A DNA stretch of 64,000 nucleotides, from NCBI GenBank assembly GCA_951406725.2, contig OX597821.1, forward strand, positions 90,272,001 through 90,336,000. Reading direction: 5' to 3'. Shown here in pieces: positions 24,971-38,634 of this stretch. Source of the stretch: Octopus vulgaris. Its lineage: Eukaryota. The notes under the pieces were generated by a model, which saw only the letters and a program-made list of their open reading frames with translations, was not told where the DNA came from and ran no database searches. How positions within the stretch are numbered: position 1 is the first letter of the stretch; each line of letters opens with the position of its first letter. The position numbers and the translations under genes are program-made.

Positions 24971-26469
24971 GGGTGAGGGATTCATGGTTGAGGACTTGTC
25001 ACTAAACAACATTCATGAAACAAATGAAGGGCGTGAATGTCCGCGACTGCATTTTATACATTAAATATTTGAAGTTGTAAAATCAAACCTCGCTTTAATA
25101 GCCTTTGTGATATGTCACTGCAAAGAGAACATACCATTTCCTGTTGTAGACCACCCAAATGAAAATGGATAAGTTCTAATCTTTATCAAGAGACAAAATG
25201 GCTAGCAGTAGGAAAATAATCCATCCACAAAATTATTTAATGACTGTCAGATCAACTCATATTGATTCACACACAAAATAATGTACAAACAAAGGTAAAG
25301 AAGGAGAAAGAAAAACTGTCGTTCGAAACACTATATTTACGTGTGCTACTATACATGATTTGTAAGTAATTATGTGTGTGTTTATGTGTGTATGTGTGTA
25401 TGTGTGAGTAATAATTTTACTAACATATAGAGTATGCTTTCCCACAAAATTTATGCTCTCAAAGCATTATACGAAAACTAAAACATTCATCAGACACATA
25501 TGCAAATCCAAACACACGTATGCACACATCCAATTAACTATGCTCTTTGAGAAAATATGTGCTATACTAATTGATTTCATAATTAAACTAAGTCTGTTAA
25601 TCTCTCTAGCATTTTTTCGCCAACCGCTCTTCTCTTACCCACACTCACTCACACAATCAAAAACACATATTCGCATGCATATACACATATGTTTACTGGT
25701 TAACATAGAGAAAGAGAAAGAAGAGGAAGGAAAAGCAGACAGTGTTAGACGGATTGACAGAGAGATGGAAGCAGCACATTGAGGCACGTGTCTTTTCTAA
25801 ATGTGCGTATGTTACAATGGGAATTAATATACCTACTTATATGCAGAAGTTATATATCAGTACGTATATTAAATAATATACGCACTTATACAGCTGTATG
25901 TGTTTATAGTGCCGTATAGACACTAGCCCAAAATCATTTATATCTTGGCATTAATTCATGTATACAAACGTCTATATATGCATGAATGTACAAAGAAACA
26001 CACATATAGATACACACGCGAAACATACAGACATATATTAATATAATCATACACACACATAAAGATTATTCATTCTATTCTCCGTATTGAGTTCTACATG
26101 ATCTAATTCTTGCACTATGTAAAATGTATTTCTAAAAAATTTTACGAAGCCCACCATTGCAATATATAAAACAAGCATAAAGAAACACATGCACATACCC
26201 ATATGTATTCATTTGTGAAAGTGTACAAGGCTTCAACATTCCTTTGAGATCTCGCCTATTAATTAACCGGTGCGCTGGTATTAAGTATGATTAGTCAAAA
26301 TATTTAAACATTTTCTTACTTACTTTCGAAAAAGTAAGTAACCTGTGCCTATAACAGACACACATAATCCGGAAAGAATGGAAGGCAAGCTTGGCCAGTT
26401 CGTAATTTGAACTCGAACACTTAATGTTTGAATATGTAATTATACATGTATAAAGAATTATATATGTGC

Positions 26470-26623
<154 letters not shown>

Positions 26624-26639
26624 GTATATATAAATATAT

Positions 26640-26672
<33 letters not shown>

Positions 26673-26829
26673 ATCTGAAATTGGAGGAAACTTTCAATCA
26701 ACAAACAAACAAATTGACGAACATCGGTTAATTATTTTTTAATGCTAATCATAAGATAACATTACAAAATGTTTTCTCAATGTTCCTGCTTATTTAAATT
26801 TGATTCCTGATAAACTCTTGTTTATTCAG

Positions 26830-27012
26830 TTATTACCGGTATCCTATTACGGTGTGGCAGTCGGAAAAGACGAAAAATCGTGTACCGCCGACGAGTTCTC
26901 GCTCGTCGGCATCGAGCGCGAGCCTCGGTCTTATGGCACGGAGAAAGACGTTATCGACGAACAACACGAGCGTGTGTATCCGTGTGTTGTCGAAGCGGCG
27001 AGTTCTCGATAG
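26830..27012 (+). CDS. Candidate terminal coding exon, frame and product unknown
   Basis: CpG-rich, non-repetitive island immediately after CTCTTGTTTATTCAG|. Phase-0 frame LLPVSYYGVAVGKDEKSCTADEFSLVGIEREPRSYG...EAASSR* has NNC/GNN codon structure, but all three plus frames are open. Confidence 0.35.
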   Translation, partial: LLPVSYYGVAVGKDEKSCTADEFSLVGIEREPRSYGTEKDVIDEQHERVYPCVVEAASSR

Positions 27013-27059
27013 TGGCAGAGCTGACTGCGTTAATATTAGCGATGATTTATAATATAGGA

Positions 27060-27124
27060 TGTCGTGATGATGATAATGATCATTAGGATGACGACGACAT
27101 CCATGATGATGATTTTGATGACGT

Positions 27125-27189
<65 letters not shown>

Positions 27190-27340
27190 GTGATGATGGT
27201 GAGGATGAAGACGGTGATGATGATGACATTATAAAAGGTTATACTGTCAGTAATGAATGATAAGTATGCTGATGACGATGATGATGACGACGACGACGAT
27301 GATGGCGGCTGCAGCGGCGATGGTGATTATGACGATGTGC
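27060..27340. repeat. (GAT)n/(GAC)n microsatellite block
   Basis: Direct reading. Confidence 0.9.
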
Positions 27341-28258
27341 ATGCTCGCTGCCTGCCACCCATGTTTCAGAAGATATTTCCCTTTTATTCTTCGGGATTTG
27401 AAACAATCCTCGCCAACACCTCTTCCCCTTACCTCTCAACACATCGCTGCCGTCTGTAATCTATCAATGCTATATAGAATGCTGTACAACTAACACAAAT
27501 ATTGTATAAAAATAGCCTCTACACCACCTACAACCACCTGCAACTGCGAATGTAGCTTTTAAGACGGAATCTGTTTGAAGTTGCCATTCTTAAGCCAATG
27601 TAAATCAGTGCTAACTGATGCTGCAGACTCTTCTTTTATCTTCTCTGTATCAAGTGTACAGTTGCATAGAGAGAAGCAGTTGGAACACAGCAGTTGATTG
27701 GTCAATATTTAAGATACATCTGCACACATATCTGCATATAGAAAACCTTTCTGTGGTCAGTTTCTCTGCTAGAAACTTCAGTCAAATTTCTACCACGTTA
27801 CAACCTATTATCTAAAACAAGGTGAATACATGTTGGATTACCTGATACGAAGTCTAGTATTGATGGAAATATGATGGGAGGTTCATGTCTGGAGTGTCTT
27901 TGTTCATAGTTTATCTCAGAAATATGTTTGGGTAAAACAATAACAATGCAAATATAAATTTGTAACAGCCTATGTTTGAGTGCTACATTTTCAACGATGT
28001 CTCGATTTTATTCTTAGCTTCTGTACCAGGAATTTCTACTTTAATTCCACAATAGATTTAGGTAACATATTTAGTATCATCAGTATATTGGATTTCTCAT
28101 AGCCAGTCAGTATTAAGCTCCCGCTGGTAGCCTGTAGGCCTATAGGGTTATGATGAATAGGAGTCGGCTTAGAACTATGTTTTGGTAGGACTACCTTCAT
28201 GATAAATTCGTTGCACAAATCATTGTTGGCTCTCTCTGCACATTCAGAGAAGTACATA

Positions 28259-28820
28259 TCTATTATATAAAATCCGTTCTGTCTGTCTGTGTGTGTGTCT
28301 TCTAGGATCTCGAGCATCCTCCATCCGATTGCGCTCAAATTTGATATGTAGATACCGACGGTATCAGGGCGTGTATAAGTCATAAAAATATTACAAAAAT
28401 CGATTCCAGGTGAGAATGCGATCGATAAAACCGTTTTTGTCCTGCTTTTCTTCCGTCAACCTGTACATAACTGCACTTTCCATTTTTTGTTATTTTTGTA
28501 CTGCTTAAAGGCACGTTTCTTTCCTGCCAAGCTTACTATTTAAACCATGTTTGTGTTCTCTCAGTCAACAGCCTTATCATTACTGCTACTTTAAACTCTT
28601 CGATTGTATATTTGTGTGTATAAAATCGTTTTTCTTTGGAACAGAAAAAAAATTTTAACTTTATTTCTTCTTTTGCTGGTGTCTCAATTTTAGGTTAAAT
28701 CAGTGTTTCTCAAAGGAGAGGCCTATGGGATTGTCGGACAAGTTGTTTTGAGAAAATTTGGTTTAAATGTTTGACAACTCAGCACCGTCAATTGGACGGG
28801 GGTGTTTTTCTCGTTAATAT
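28259..28820 (+). mobile_element. Helitron-like 5' fragment
   Basis: A|TCTATTATATAAAA followed by a (CTGT)/(GT) run, the same start architecture as 34985 and 57850. No hairpin-CTAG end found, so the right boundary is a guess. Confidence 0.55.
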
Positions 28821-28934
28821 ATGTATAATATGGACTTGAGTTTTCATGAATACACACACATACACATACACCATACATGCACAAATACATACACATCCAT
28901 GACAGAATAACACTTCATGAGACGCAGTAGATGA

Positions 28935-29350
28935 CTAGCACAGGTCAAATGCTTGTAACCTTTGTAGAAAAGCAACTACAGGAGAAATACATGGTTAAGT
29001 GTACACTACGATTACTGGCGTTCGTTGAATTAGAAAAGGCCTTTGACTAAAAATCATGTCTACTTATTTGGCGGTCACTTCGAAAACTGTACGTAGACAA
29101 ATGTGTTGTAAGGGCTATCTACACCATCTATGTAGAAATTCCCGTAAGTGTAAGTCAACAATAATTTGAGCAATGATGTTGGGCAAGAACGTAGGTCCAT
29201 AAGGGCTCATTCTTCAGTTATTTCCTACTCATAGGTCTACAGTCTGTTTCAGAGCAGTTGACGAATGGTTGGCTATGACACCTCCTATACGCTGTTGATG
29301 TAGTTCTTACTCTTGCCTTTATAATGAAATTATAGAAGATAATCTATATA
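28935..29350 (+). mobile_element. RTE-clade LINE reverse transcriptase relic
   Basis: KQLQEKYMVKCTLRLLAFVELEKAFD*..IWRSLRKLYVDKCVVRAI..HKGS..GWL*HLLYAVDVVL (cf. RQLQEK..AFVDLEKAFD..HQGS..LLYADD). Confidence 0.88.
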
Positions 29351-29641
29351 ATCGAGAGATTAACGAAACTGTAACATGCGTACGATCACGTCACAAAAAG
29401 AACATTATAGGATATGGAGCTACTTCGTGTAGGAACGATCATAATTTTTCATGAATAGATAGGAGGTTTGAGTAAAAATACCTGAAATCTGCTGGTCTAG
29501 AAGAACTCACAATTGCAAAGTTTACGAGAGAAACGAATACAAATCTAGATTAAGGCTATTATAGAATTCCTTGCAAAAAATATTGGTAAGTTTAAGCTTT
29601 ACTTTCCAGAAGTAACTTTAAATTTACATCAAATACACACA

Positions 29642-30047
29642 CAGGAGTGGCTGTGTGGTAAGTAGTTTGCTAACCAACCACATGGTTCCGGGTTCAGTCC
29701 CACTGCGTGGCATCTTGGGCAAGTGTCTTCTGCTATAGACCCGGGCCGACCAATGCTTTGTGAGTGGATTTGGTAGACGGAAACTGAAAGAAGCCCGTCG
29801 TATATATGTATGTATATATAAGTGAGTGTGTTTGTGTGTCTGTGTTTGTCCCCCTAGCATTGCTTGACAACCGATGCTGGTGTTTACGTCCCCGTTACTT
29901 AGCGGTTCGGCAAAAGAGACCGATATAATAAGTACTGGGCTTACAAAGAATAAGTCCCGGGGTCGATTTGCTCGACTAAAGGCGGTGCTCCAGCATGGCC
30001 ACAGTCAAATGACTGAAACAAGTAAAAGAGAGTAAAGAGGAAAGAGT
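29642..30047 (+). mobile_element. SINE family A, near full length
   Basis: Head, internal microsatellite and tail are all present. Confidence 0.92.
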
Positions 30048-30545
30048 ACACAAACACATGCGCACAGGCACATACGTATGTAAATGTATATGTGTATAGG
30101 TGGGTCTGTGTATACTGTGGGCATGTAGGTATCTGTACATCTGCATGTGTGTGTCTGCGTGTATGAAGGTGTATGTACATTAAGTGTGTACATGTAAAAC
30201 TTTTTATTCCAATCCTTAACTCTCTCTTTTTCTCTCTCTCTTTACCTCTTTCATTTTTAGACTTCTAGATTTACTCTGTATTCTCTCAAATATCTTTACG
30301 ACTCTTGGTTACTAACTAAATATATATAAGTTTCTCCAAATGTAAATTTGTATTTGTTGATTTTCTGCCTCAAGAATTTCGAGTAGGAAATTGCTAACAA
30401 GTTTATTCTACGTGTACAATTTCTTAAATTCCTATCAGTAAATGTAACATGTGTAATACTGAGGGAATAAGCACCAAAACATTTTTAGAAATTATCTTGA
30501 TTTGTGCATATATATATATATTATATATGTTATATATATATATAC

Positions 30546-30581
<36 letters not shown>

Positions 30582-30718
30582 TTATGAATGTATATATATA
30601 TAGTCATATATATGTATATGCATATATATATACATATACATATATACATACATACACACGATTATATATATATATATATACACATATATATATATATGTA
30701 TGTATATATATACATATA

Positions 30719-30771
<53 letters not shown>

Positions 30772-30775
<4 letters not shown>

Positions 30776-30955
30776 TTAGCTCCTACACGCATTTGTTTCT
30801 CTCCTTGGTTTTTTCTGTGTATATTTCTGTCGAAGAGCGTAGGCTCGAAACGTAAAATACTTTTTCTATTTCTATTCCTGAGCGCTATACTAATACATTT
30901 GTTTGTTTGTACTCCACCTGCCTTCGTCTTTTGTTTATTTTCGTAAACGTACCCG
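30772..30955 (+). mobile_element. Family D Penelope-like pseudo-LTR, best-preserved copy
   Basis: Aligns with the reverse complement of 19543-19720. Embedded between (TA)n and (CA)n(TA)n. Confidence 0.8.
30822..30859 (+). ncRNA. Minimal hammerhead-like motif with variant core
   Basis: UAUUU CUGUCGA A GAGC-GUAG-GCUC GAAA CG UA^ AAAUA. Stem I is 5 bp, stem II is 4 bp and stem III is the palindrome ACGU. The core has U in place of A6 and an extra A after A9. Confidence 0.55.
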
Positions 30956-30957
30956 TT

Positions 30958-31021
<64 letters not shown>

Positions 31022-31064
31022 ATATATATATATATATATAAGTATATGTCTGTATATATATATT

Positions 31065-31108
<44 letters not shown>

Positions 31109-31422
31109 CTATTATACAGAAGTGTCGTAAATCCAAAACATTGCTTTTTCAGAAAACGCAAAATCAGTTTCACTATTCCATAGTCACACCCTTGCACTAC
31201 ACCTCGACAATTTGTGATATCTTGGCATCTGAAGCAGCTACAGATACAATGGTTTGACCAAAAGAACCGGCTATTGGAAGCAAAAGTAAATACTGAAAAG
31301 AAACGAATTTGCACAAATCTGGACACACCACAGTTTAACATAATAGAAACGATATATACATATATAACATATATAGATACATAAATAAATATATACATAT
31401 ATACAAGTATACGCATGTATGT

Positions 31423-31486
<64 letters not shown>

Positions 31487-31912
31487 GTTGCTTCGATGAA
31501 TTCATTTTCAGTTAAGAGGCGATTAAGCGGCGTAATATTTATGAATGTTCTGAAGTAAAACATGGATATTAGCAAAGCTTTCATACCAGACTATGTTAGC
31601 TTTGTTCATTTATGAATGGTTGTGTTTTCTGTATCTATGAATTAATGTATATACTTCTAGAAGCAAGTGGATACTTGGTTACTGCTAGAGACTGCAACAC
31701 TGTCATGTCACCTTAAACTCGGTTTGGAGAGTTTTCCCTTAAAATGTTGCATCAGTTCTCTCTCAATTCCTGTTTACATGTACTTAGGTACTGTACACTA
31801 AAATGTGATACGTTTGTCTGTGACAAAATTTAAAAAAAAATTCCAGTTGCGCAAATTTCTTTCTTTCTATTATATCTGTCTTTATGTCTGTCTAAACATA
31901 TCTATTTACCTC

Positions 31913-31989
<77 letters not shown>

Positions 31990-32904
31990 ATACACACACA
32001 CTTACACACTTATACTACACAATGTATAGGGCGTTAAGTAAAATCCGGAAGATTGCTTCAGTAAAGCCTATGCGAATTCACTTTAAAAGGGGAAATAAAT
32101 CGTGTTATACGAATAAACTCAACACAAACTGAAAATCCAGGAACTTTACATTCATCGCGGAATATAATAATAAACAAGTAAATATATGGAAATACGTGCA
32201 TCAAGTTATCTGGTTACGATCGTTTCAATATTATGTGGTGTAGATATTTAACATATTGGAAGAAATATAATCAATGGCTATGCACCATCATGCAATTTTA
32301 AACGATTTCCAAATTCCTCATTTAGACAAGACTTTCGAACGATTTAACAGACTTACACAAGTACGTATATAAGCCTGGTTTAATGTATGCAAATTGTGGG
32401 AAGGTCTTATATTGTCGCAGCGAAAAGTAACCAGAGTGGCATGTCAAGAAAAATGTACGGAATAAAGTAAAATAAAAGACAGAAAGGCATGTACGCTAGG
32501 AGATGAAGTCGATTGTAACACCAAGGCCAATTTCCATAGGAGAGATAAATGATGGATAGCTTAATAGTTTGTCCGAGTAGGGAGGAATGTATTCAAAAAG
32601 GCATTAATTAGTGGGAATGAGCGTGCCAAGAATGACATCAAAGAAGCAAGGATGATAAGACAGAGATGAAAGAAGCGACGGAGAGAGAAGGAGATTGAAA
32701 AACGTAAGAGGATTATGAATAGAAAGACTGAAGAATAGAATAAGAGAAACGCACAATTAAAGGACCTCATCAAGTATTCGCAATCATTATTTATATTTCT
32801 TCCATCATGTTGAATGATTTATCTACCCCATTTGTTATTCAAAATATCGCAACCGGATGAGAAATGTGATATCAGTATCATCATTCTTTTAATTTGCTAC
32901 TTCA

Positions 32905-33110
32905 TTCATTATTGTTTTAACGTCCACTTTTCAAAACTTGCATGAAGCAGGCGGAATACGTTGAAGCAGATTTTCTGCAGGTGAACGCTCTTCTTCTCAA
33001 CGACCCTCATGTGTTTCTAAGCAACGTAATATCCCCGTAATTACACATGTTTACACGAATGATTTCACTACTTGTGGCCCCTTTTACAACTCTTATGCGA
33101 CGTCACGTAA
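32905..33110 (-). mobile_element. Decayed RTE-associated non-autonomous repeat (tentative)
   Basis: TCATT..TTTAACGTCCACTTTTC..GCAGATTTTCT..CTTC..ACCCTCA resembles RTE-type 3' ends. Recognised from memory only. Confidence 0.35.
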
Positions 33111-33363
33111 GCGAGGCACAAATACCTAATACACAAACACACACACACACACACACATGTACACATACACACACACACACACACACATACATACACACAC
33201 ACACACACTAACAAGCACACGCACATATACATACTTATGTGCATATATTTTTGTATGTTTGAGTATTCACATAATTGACGGGTTTCTTTTCGGTTTCCGT
33301 CAACCCGATCCACTCGCGAGGTTTTGCTTTGACCGCAGCTATAGTAAAAGGAACTTGTCGAAA

Positions 33364-33598
33364 AGGCGGCGAGCTGGCAGAAACGCTAGCACCTCGGACG
33401 AAATGCTTAGCGGTCGTTCACCTGCCGCTACGTTCTGTGTTCAAATTCCACCGAGGTAGACTTAGCCTTTCACCCTTTTGGGGTCGATTAAATAAGTACC
33501 ACTTACGCTCTGGGGGTCGATGTAATCGACTTAATCTCTTTGTCTGTCCTTGTTTGTCCCCTCTATGTTCAGCCCCTTGTGGGCAGTAAAGAAATAAG
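33364..33598 (+). mobile_element. SINE family C (Nin/Deu-like central domain), full length
   Basis: GGCGGCGAGCTGGCAGAAACG..GTTCAAATTCC head and GCCTTTCACCCTTTTGGGGTCGATTAAATAAGTACCA core. Matches the reverse complement of 55774-56003. Confidence 0.88.
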
Positions 33599-33864
33599 AT
33601 ACTTGCCGAACGTGGCTCGCATTGACATTGAGCATGAAATCACATGACAAGTAAACACTCTTCACCATACAGATATTCCTGCGCCCATACATGGCTACAT
33701 ACACAAATATGCACATCCACATCAATACACACTTGCACAAACACACACACACATCCATTCATACATACATGCATGCATACATACATACACATACACATAA
33801 ATGCATACATACATACATACACCTACATCATACATACATACATGTCCATTATAACAGCAATCTG

Positions 33865-34070
33865 GTGTTGAAAGATCTAAAATTACGACATGTTTAACAG
33901 TTGCTATTGACAACACGGAGAGGAGTGCTTGCATTGATTGACTGATCTTTCATCTGCTTTTCATGCTGTCAACCATGATATTCTGATATATGTTCTCCGT
34001 AAAGTTTCTGGTGTCTGTGGTTTTCATTTGCAATGGCTTTGTTTTCGTATAAAAGATCACAACAGGATAT
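33865..34070 (+). mobile_element. L2/CR1-type RT fragment
   Basis: LTDLSSAFHAVNHDILIYVLRKVSGVCGFHLQWL (cf. LLDLSAAFDTVDHxILL..L...G..G..L.WF). Confidence 0.75.
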
Positions 34071-34417
34071 TCTTGGAAATATTAGTATTTCTTATTACTT
34101 GGTCAACATATCAAATGTGCCTTAAGACTCAAATTCAGATTAGAGCTATTTAAAATTTGCTGTCATGCAGTGTATAACTATCGTTTTCCTTTCAAATTTG
34201 GATCTCTTTCTGCTGGCGATCATGATACTCACCATTGAGATTCTTCCCATTTTTCAGGAAGATTTTTTTCTTTCAAATTCTTTACAAACTGACAATCTAG
34301 CTGCTAGATTATCATAGTATATAAGGTAGTTTGGGATAAAATAATGAATAGAATGCGTATAGACTCTAAGGTCTATATATCAAAATAAAAACAATAATCA
34401 ATATTTTCATTCAAGAT

Positions 34418-34585
34418 AGGCGCAGGAGTTACTGTGTGATAAGTCGCTTGCTTCCCAACCACACAGTTCTAAGTTCAGGCAAACTTGCATGGTACCTTGG
34501 GTAACTGTCAACTATTATAGCTTCAGTCCGGCCAAAGCCTTTTGAGTGGATTTCGTACACGGAATGAATAGTAGACCGGCATATA
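34418..34585 (+). mobile_element. SINE family A, decayed 5' half
   Basis: AGGCGCAGGAGTTACTGTGTGATAAG..CAAAGCCTTTTGAGTGGATTT. Confidence 0.75.
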
Positions 34586-34661
34586 TACAAACATACATAC
34601 ATACAAATATACATACATACACACACATGCATATATATACAGACACACACTCAGACATACC

Positions 34662-34706
<45 letters not shown>

Positions 34707-34851
34707 TAGGTTTAAGAGACATAATCACCCTCAAACAACTCAATCATCATTGAACGATATTATCCACGATAGGTACATATTGGACTAAATGTTAAAATTA
34801 TCAAAATTAATACATTAAATTCTTATTCCAAATCATATACTTTACATTATA

Positions 34852-34955
34852 TAGACTACGCGCGTTTCATGACAACAAATTCCTCGATATTGCTGAAATA
34901 GGTCTCAAATAATTATACCATATTAAAATGATTATATTGCCAATCTTCAAGTTTA
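34852..34955 (-). ncRNA. Decayed type I hammerhead in a PLE-like relic
   Basis: Minus strand: UAAAC UUGAAGA UUGGCAA...UUGUCAU GAAA C-GCGC-G UA^ GUCUA. Has a C3U change, one stem I mismatch and a U-U first pair in stem II. Confidence 0.55.
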
Positions 34956-34984
34956 GATTATATGAACTTATTTTGCTATATACA

Positions 34985-35503
34985 TCTATATATATAAAAC
35001 TGTAGTTGTGTGAGTGTCTGTCTCCTACGATTTAGATTCCTAACTCCTCCCACATTTTGCGGTGCAGTTTAACCAAATTCGGGTATCTTATAGTCGTGAT
35101 TAATATCGAGCCCGTCTGGCTATTAGCGCGCGTCTACGATGAGTCTACGATTTTAAAAATAATTTTTAACATCATTTTTTATTCCATTTTAATGCATAAT
35201 TTTTCGTGTGTCGATGGCGGCGGAGTTGGCGTCCACGCTCAAACACCTGCACCTGTGTTTGCTTCTCCCCCTTCTTCCCTCCCTCGTGAAGCTGTGGGGA
35301 AGGGAGTTTAAGGAAATCAACGTCGTAATGCGTTGTCAAGGAGACCAGCGTTCTGTTAGAACAACGACTTCATGGCTTGAAGACACCAAAACAGAAATGG
35401 CTAAGAAAGCCCGAATTGGCATCTATAAAGGAAGTAACTCTCTAAAAATGCTTATATAGTTATTTCCCTTACAAACCCGAGCAACGCCGGGCAATACTGC
35501 TAG
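34985..35503 (+). mobile_element. Complete non-autonomous Helitron
   Basis: A|TCTATATATATAAAA start, CCCGAGCAACGCCGGG hairpin, then CTAG|T end. Inserted between A and T with no TSD. Confidence 0.9.
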
Positions 35504-35673
35504 TCATATATAAAGACATGACAAATTAAATTTATATAATTAAAAGTTGTCGGAATAATTTTACATTTCTTGTTCCTACTTTTATTCCACATTTATGATC
35601 ATTATTTACTAAAGTAAAATCATACGCACATACATACATTCATACGCAAACCCATAAATACATACATATATAC

Positions 35674-35716
<43 letters not shown>

Positions 35717-35830
35717 CACATACATATATATATACAAATACACACATACATACGTACATATAAATATACATACATATATATACACATACACACACATATA
35801 CAAACGCATGTACATACAAACATATCTACA

Positions 35831-35866
<36 letters not shown>

Positions 35867-36104
35867 CAACTCATACTTATATACATATATGCTAACGTCT
35901 ATGGACGTAGACGACAACGTACTTACATACATGCACACACTTACACATGCACGTACAGGAGAATACACAATGCAGAAAAAACCTCGATACAACCAGACAC
36001 ATACTTTCAGACACTGACACACGCTTAGATAAATACACACACACACATATGTACAATTACATAGTATACATACATACATACAGGGACAAAACAGATATAT
36101 GCGC

Positions 36105-36200
<96 letters not shown>

Positions 36201-36394
36201 TCCCATAATCACTACTGCATATGCAAAGAAGTCTGTTCTCTGCAGCAAAGGTATTATAAGAGTTACGTTTCTTACTAAAAAATAACGTAAAATAATGTTT
36301 ATCGTTGATATAATGTTGCTCTTTTCATAGCACGCATATGTTTAGAATTAGACTATTTATTCTAATTACTCCAAGTAAATTATAACTAGTTTAA

Positions 36395-36451
36395 AGATTA
36401 TTATTGTTATTATTATTATTGCTGTAGTTGTTGTTATTAACATCATCATCA

Positions 36452-36544
<93 letters not shown>

Positions 36545-36545
36545 A
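36395..36545. repeat. Compound (ATT)n(CAT)n(AGT)n microsatellite
   Basis: Direct reading. Confidence 0.93.
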
Positions 36546-38157
36546 TCTAGCCAGTTCAGTCAAACAACCGCCTAGGAGGGATCTTGTGTTTTATTTTTTA
36601 TAGTTTTATATCCTTGTATTGGATATATAATATAACGAAGCAGTGAGGAAGAAAGTATATACACGTCACACTAGTATTGCTATTATACGAGACTTAACGC
36701 TCTATATCAAAGGCTCACAGAGAACTGCTTACCAACCCGAACTCCAACTACTCACAGTTCTTTGTTTTATAACAATGCGTCAGTCTACCTTTTAGTTACT
36801 TGAGGGTGGTCGGAATCATTCCACAACAGATAGTTGACTTTGTCTATGCTCCAAATTAGATAACTCTGTCATTTGAGTTCATCAGTCTCTTGAGCAATGA
36901 TTCGTTTTTAACTTTATAGGAGACACTAGTTATTGAGTGTTTGTTGCATTATTTCACTCTTAGATACTTATTAAAAGTAACCCGGTGTCTCTTTACATCA
37001 TTACTGTCAGACGTTGTAGACGTTATGCAGGTGAAACGTATATTCTATTATAAAATAACAGTAACAAAGCAAACAAAAAAATACACAGTGACGTATATTC
37101 ATTCAAAATAACCAAAAAGTTCTTTAAAAACAGTCATATCTACATTTATTTGACAACATAAACAATGTTCTAATTTATATGAATGTTTGAAACATTTTTT
37201 TTTCAAAAGTCTGTGAGTTTCCTCTCTAAACACATTAAACACAGTATGTGATTTCATGGGGATTTAAGTGCTACTTCTAGCAAAGTAAGCAACCAAACAT
37301 AGCTCAGTTGTTTGCTTTTGATATTCTTAAGATCTGACATGGTAGCAAAAATAAATGAAACTAAATATTTTACGTTTTAAAGTTTATAATACTCTTCAGA
37401 GTTTCACAAAGAAATGGAAACATCACAACTGGAGACTTTAATCAAATGTTTCCTTTACCTACAGTTTACTTGAGGTTTGATTATTCAATCAGAGTTGACC
37501 AAGTATATCTTATAACTAGAACAATAATAACACGAAAATCAATCAAAGATTCATAAATTTACTCAATTATCAATACAAATTGTTATTTTTCTTACAATCT
37601 ATGATGTTGAGTCTCAAGAATATCTATTGGCCAATTCACTGCGTGTTATCTAGCATGCATGTTGTCCAAATTCTTTGACAATCTTGCAAGCAAAGAATAT
37701 TAACCAAATAAAATTCTCAACCACTTACGGAGACAAAAACCAATCCTAAAAACAAAGCGAACTAGCAATAATCAATGATTTGAGAATATCTCCTGGAATC
37801 TGATTTGGTATTTATTTTCTTAATGCAATGCAATTTATGCTTAGGAAAATTTTCTAAAAATTAATGTCAACCTTCTCGTCAGAAAAAGGTCAAAATTCTT
37901 GTTAATTGCACTCTAATGAAAACCGAACATTTTGTAAATCAGTGTCTTGCTAGAGTCCACAATATTTTGGCAAGAAATGTGGAAAGAGGCCCATTTTCAA
38001 AGGAGTTGACCTCCGAGCAGAATGTCAATAGTTCTAAGATAAATTGTCTTGTACAAGATATTCATTTGGCTTGATGCCAAACTTTTCTCACCAGAAGTAA
38101 TAAGAAGGAGTGACACTACCAGTGTGGTTGTAGTCGTGGTTGTTGTTGCTGCTGCTG

Positions 38158-38211
<54 letters not shown>

Positions 38212-38634
38212 ACAACAACGACTACTACTACAACTACTACTACTACTAATACTAATACTTCATCATAAACTTCATATACTGTCTGTGAATGTTTTAATCA
38301 TTACGTAAGTATAAACAATCACAAACGCATACGCACATTTCGTTATGCGCACACATAGCAACATTTTCCACAAACACTCACGTACACAGACGTAGAGACA
38401 TACATACAAATATATTTACACACACATACACATACATACAAACATATACACACGCGCGCTCACACCCTCACACACAATCTATTTGAATAAGAATGTATTA
38501 AGTTCTGATATAAGATAAATTCAACGAGTAAACCTCGATTAGTGAATACTTTTCAAAATAAAATGTTTAGACCAATATATATATAAACAGACAAAAATAG
38601 CCACGCGAGCATGTACATACTTATATGATAATAC

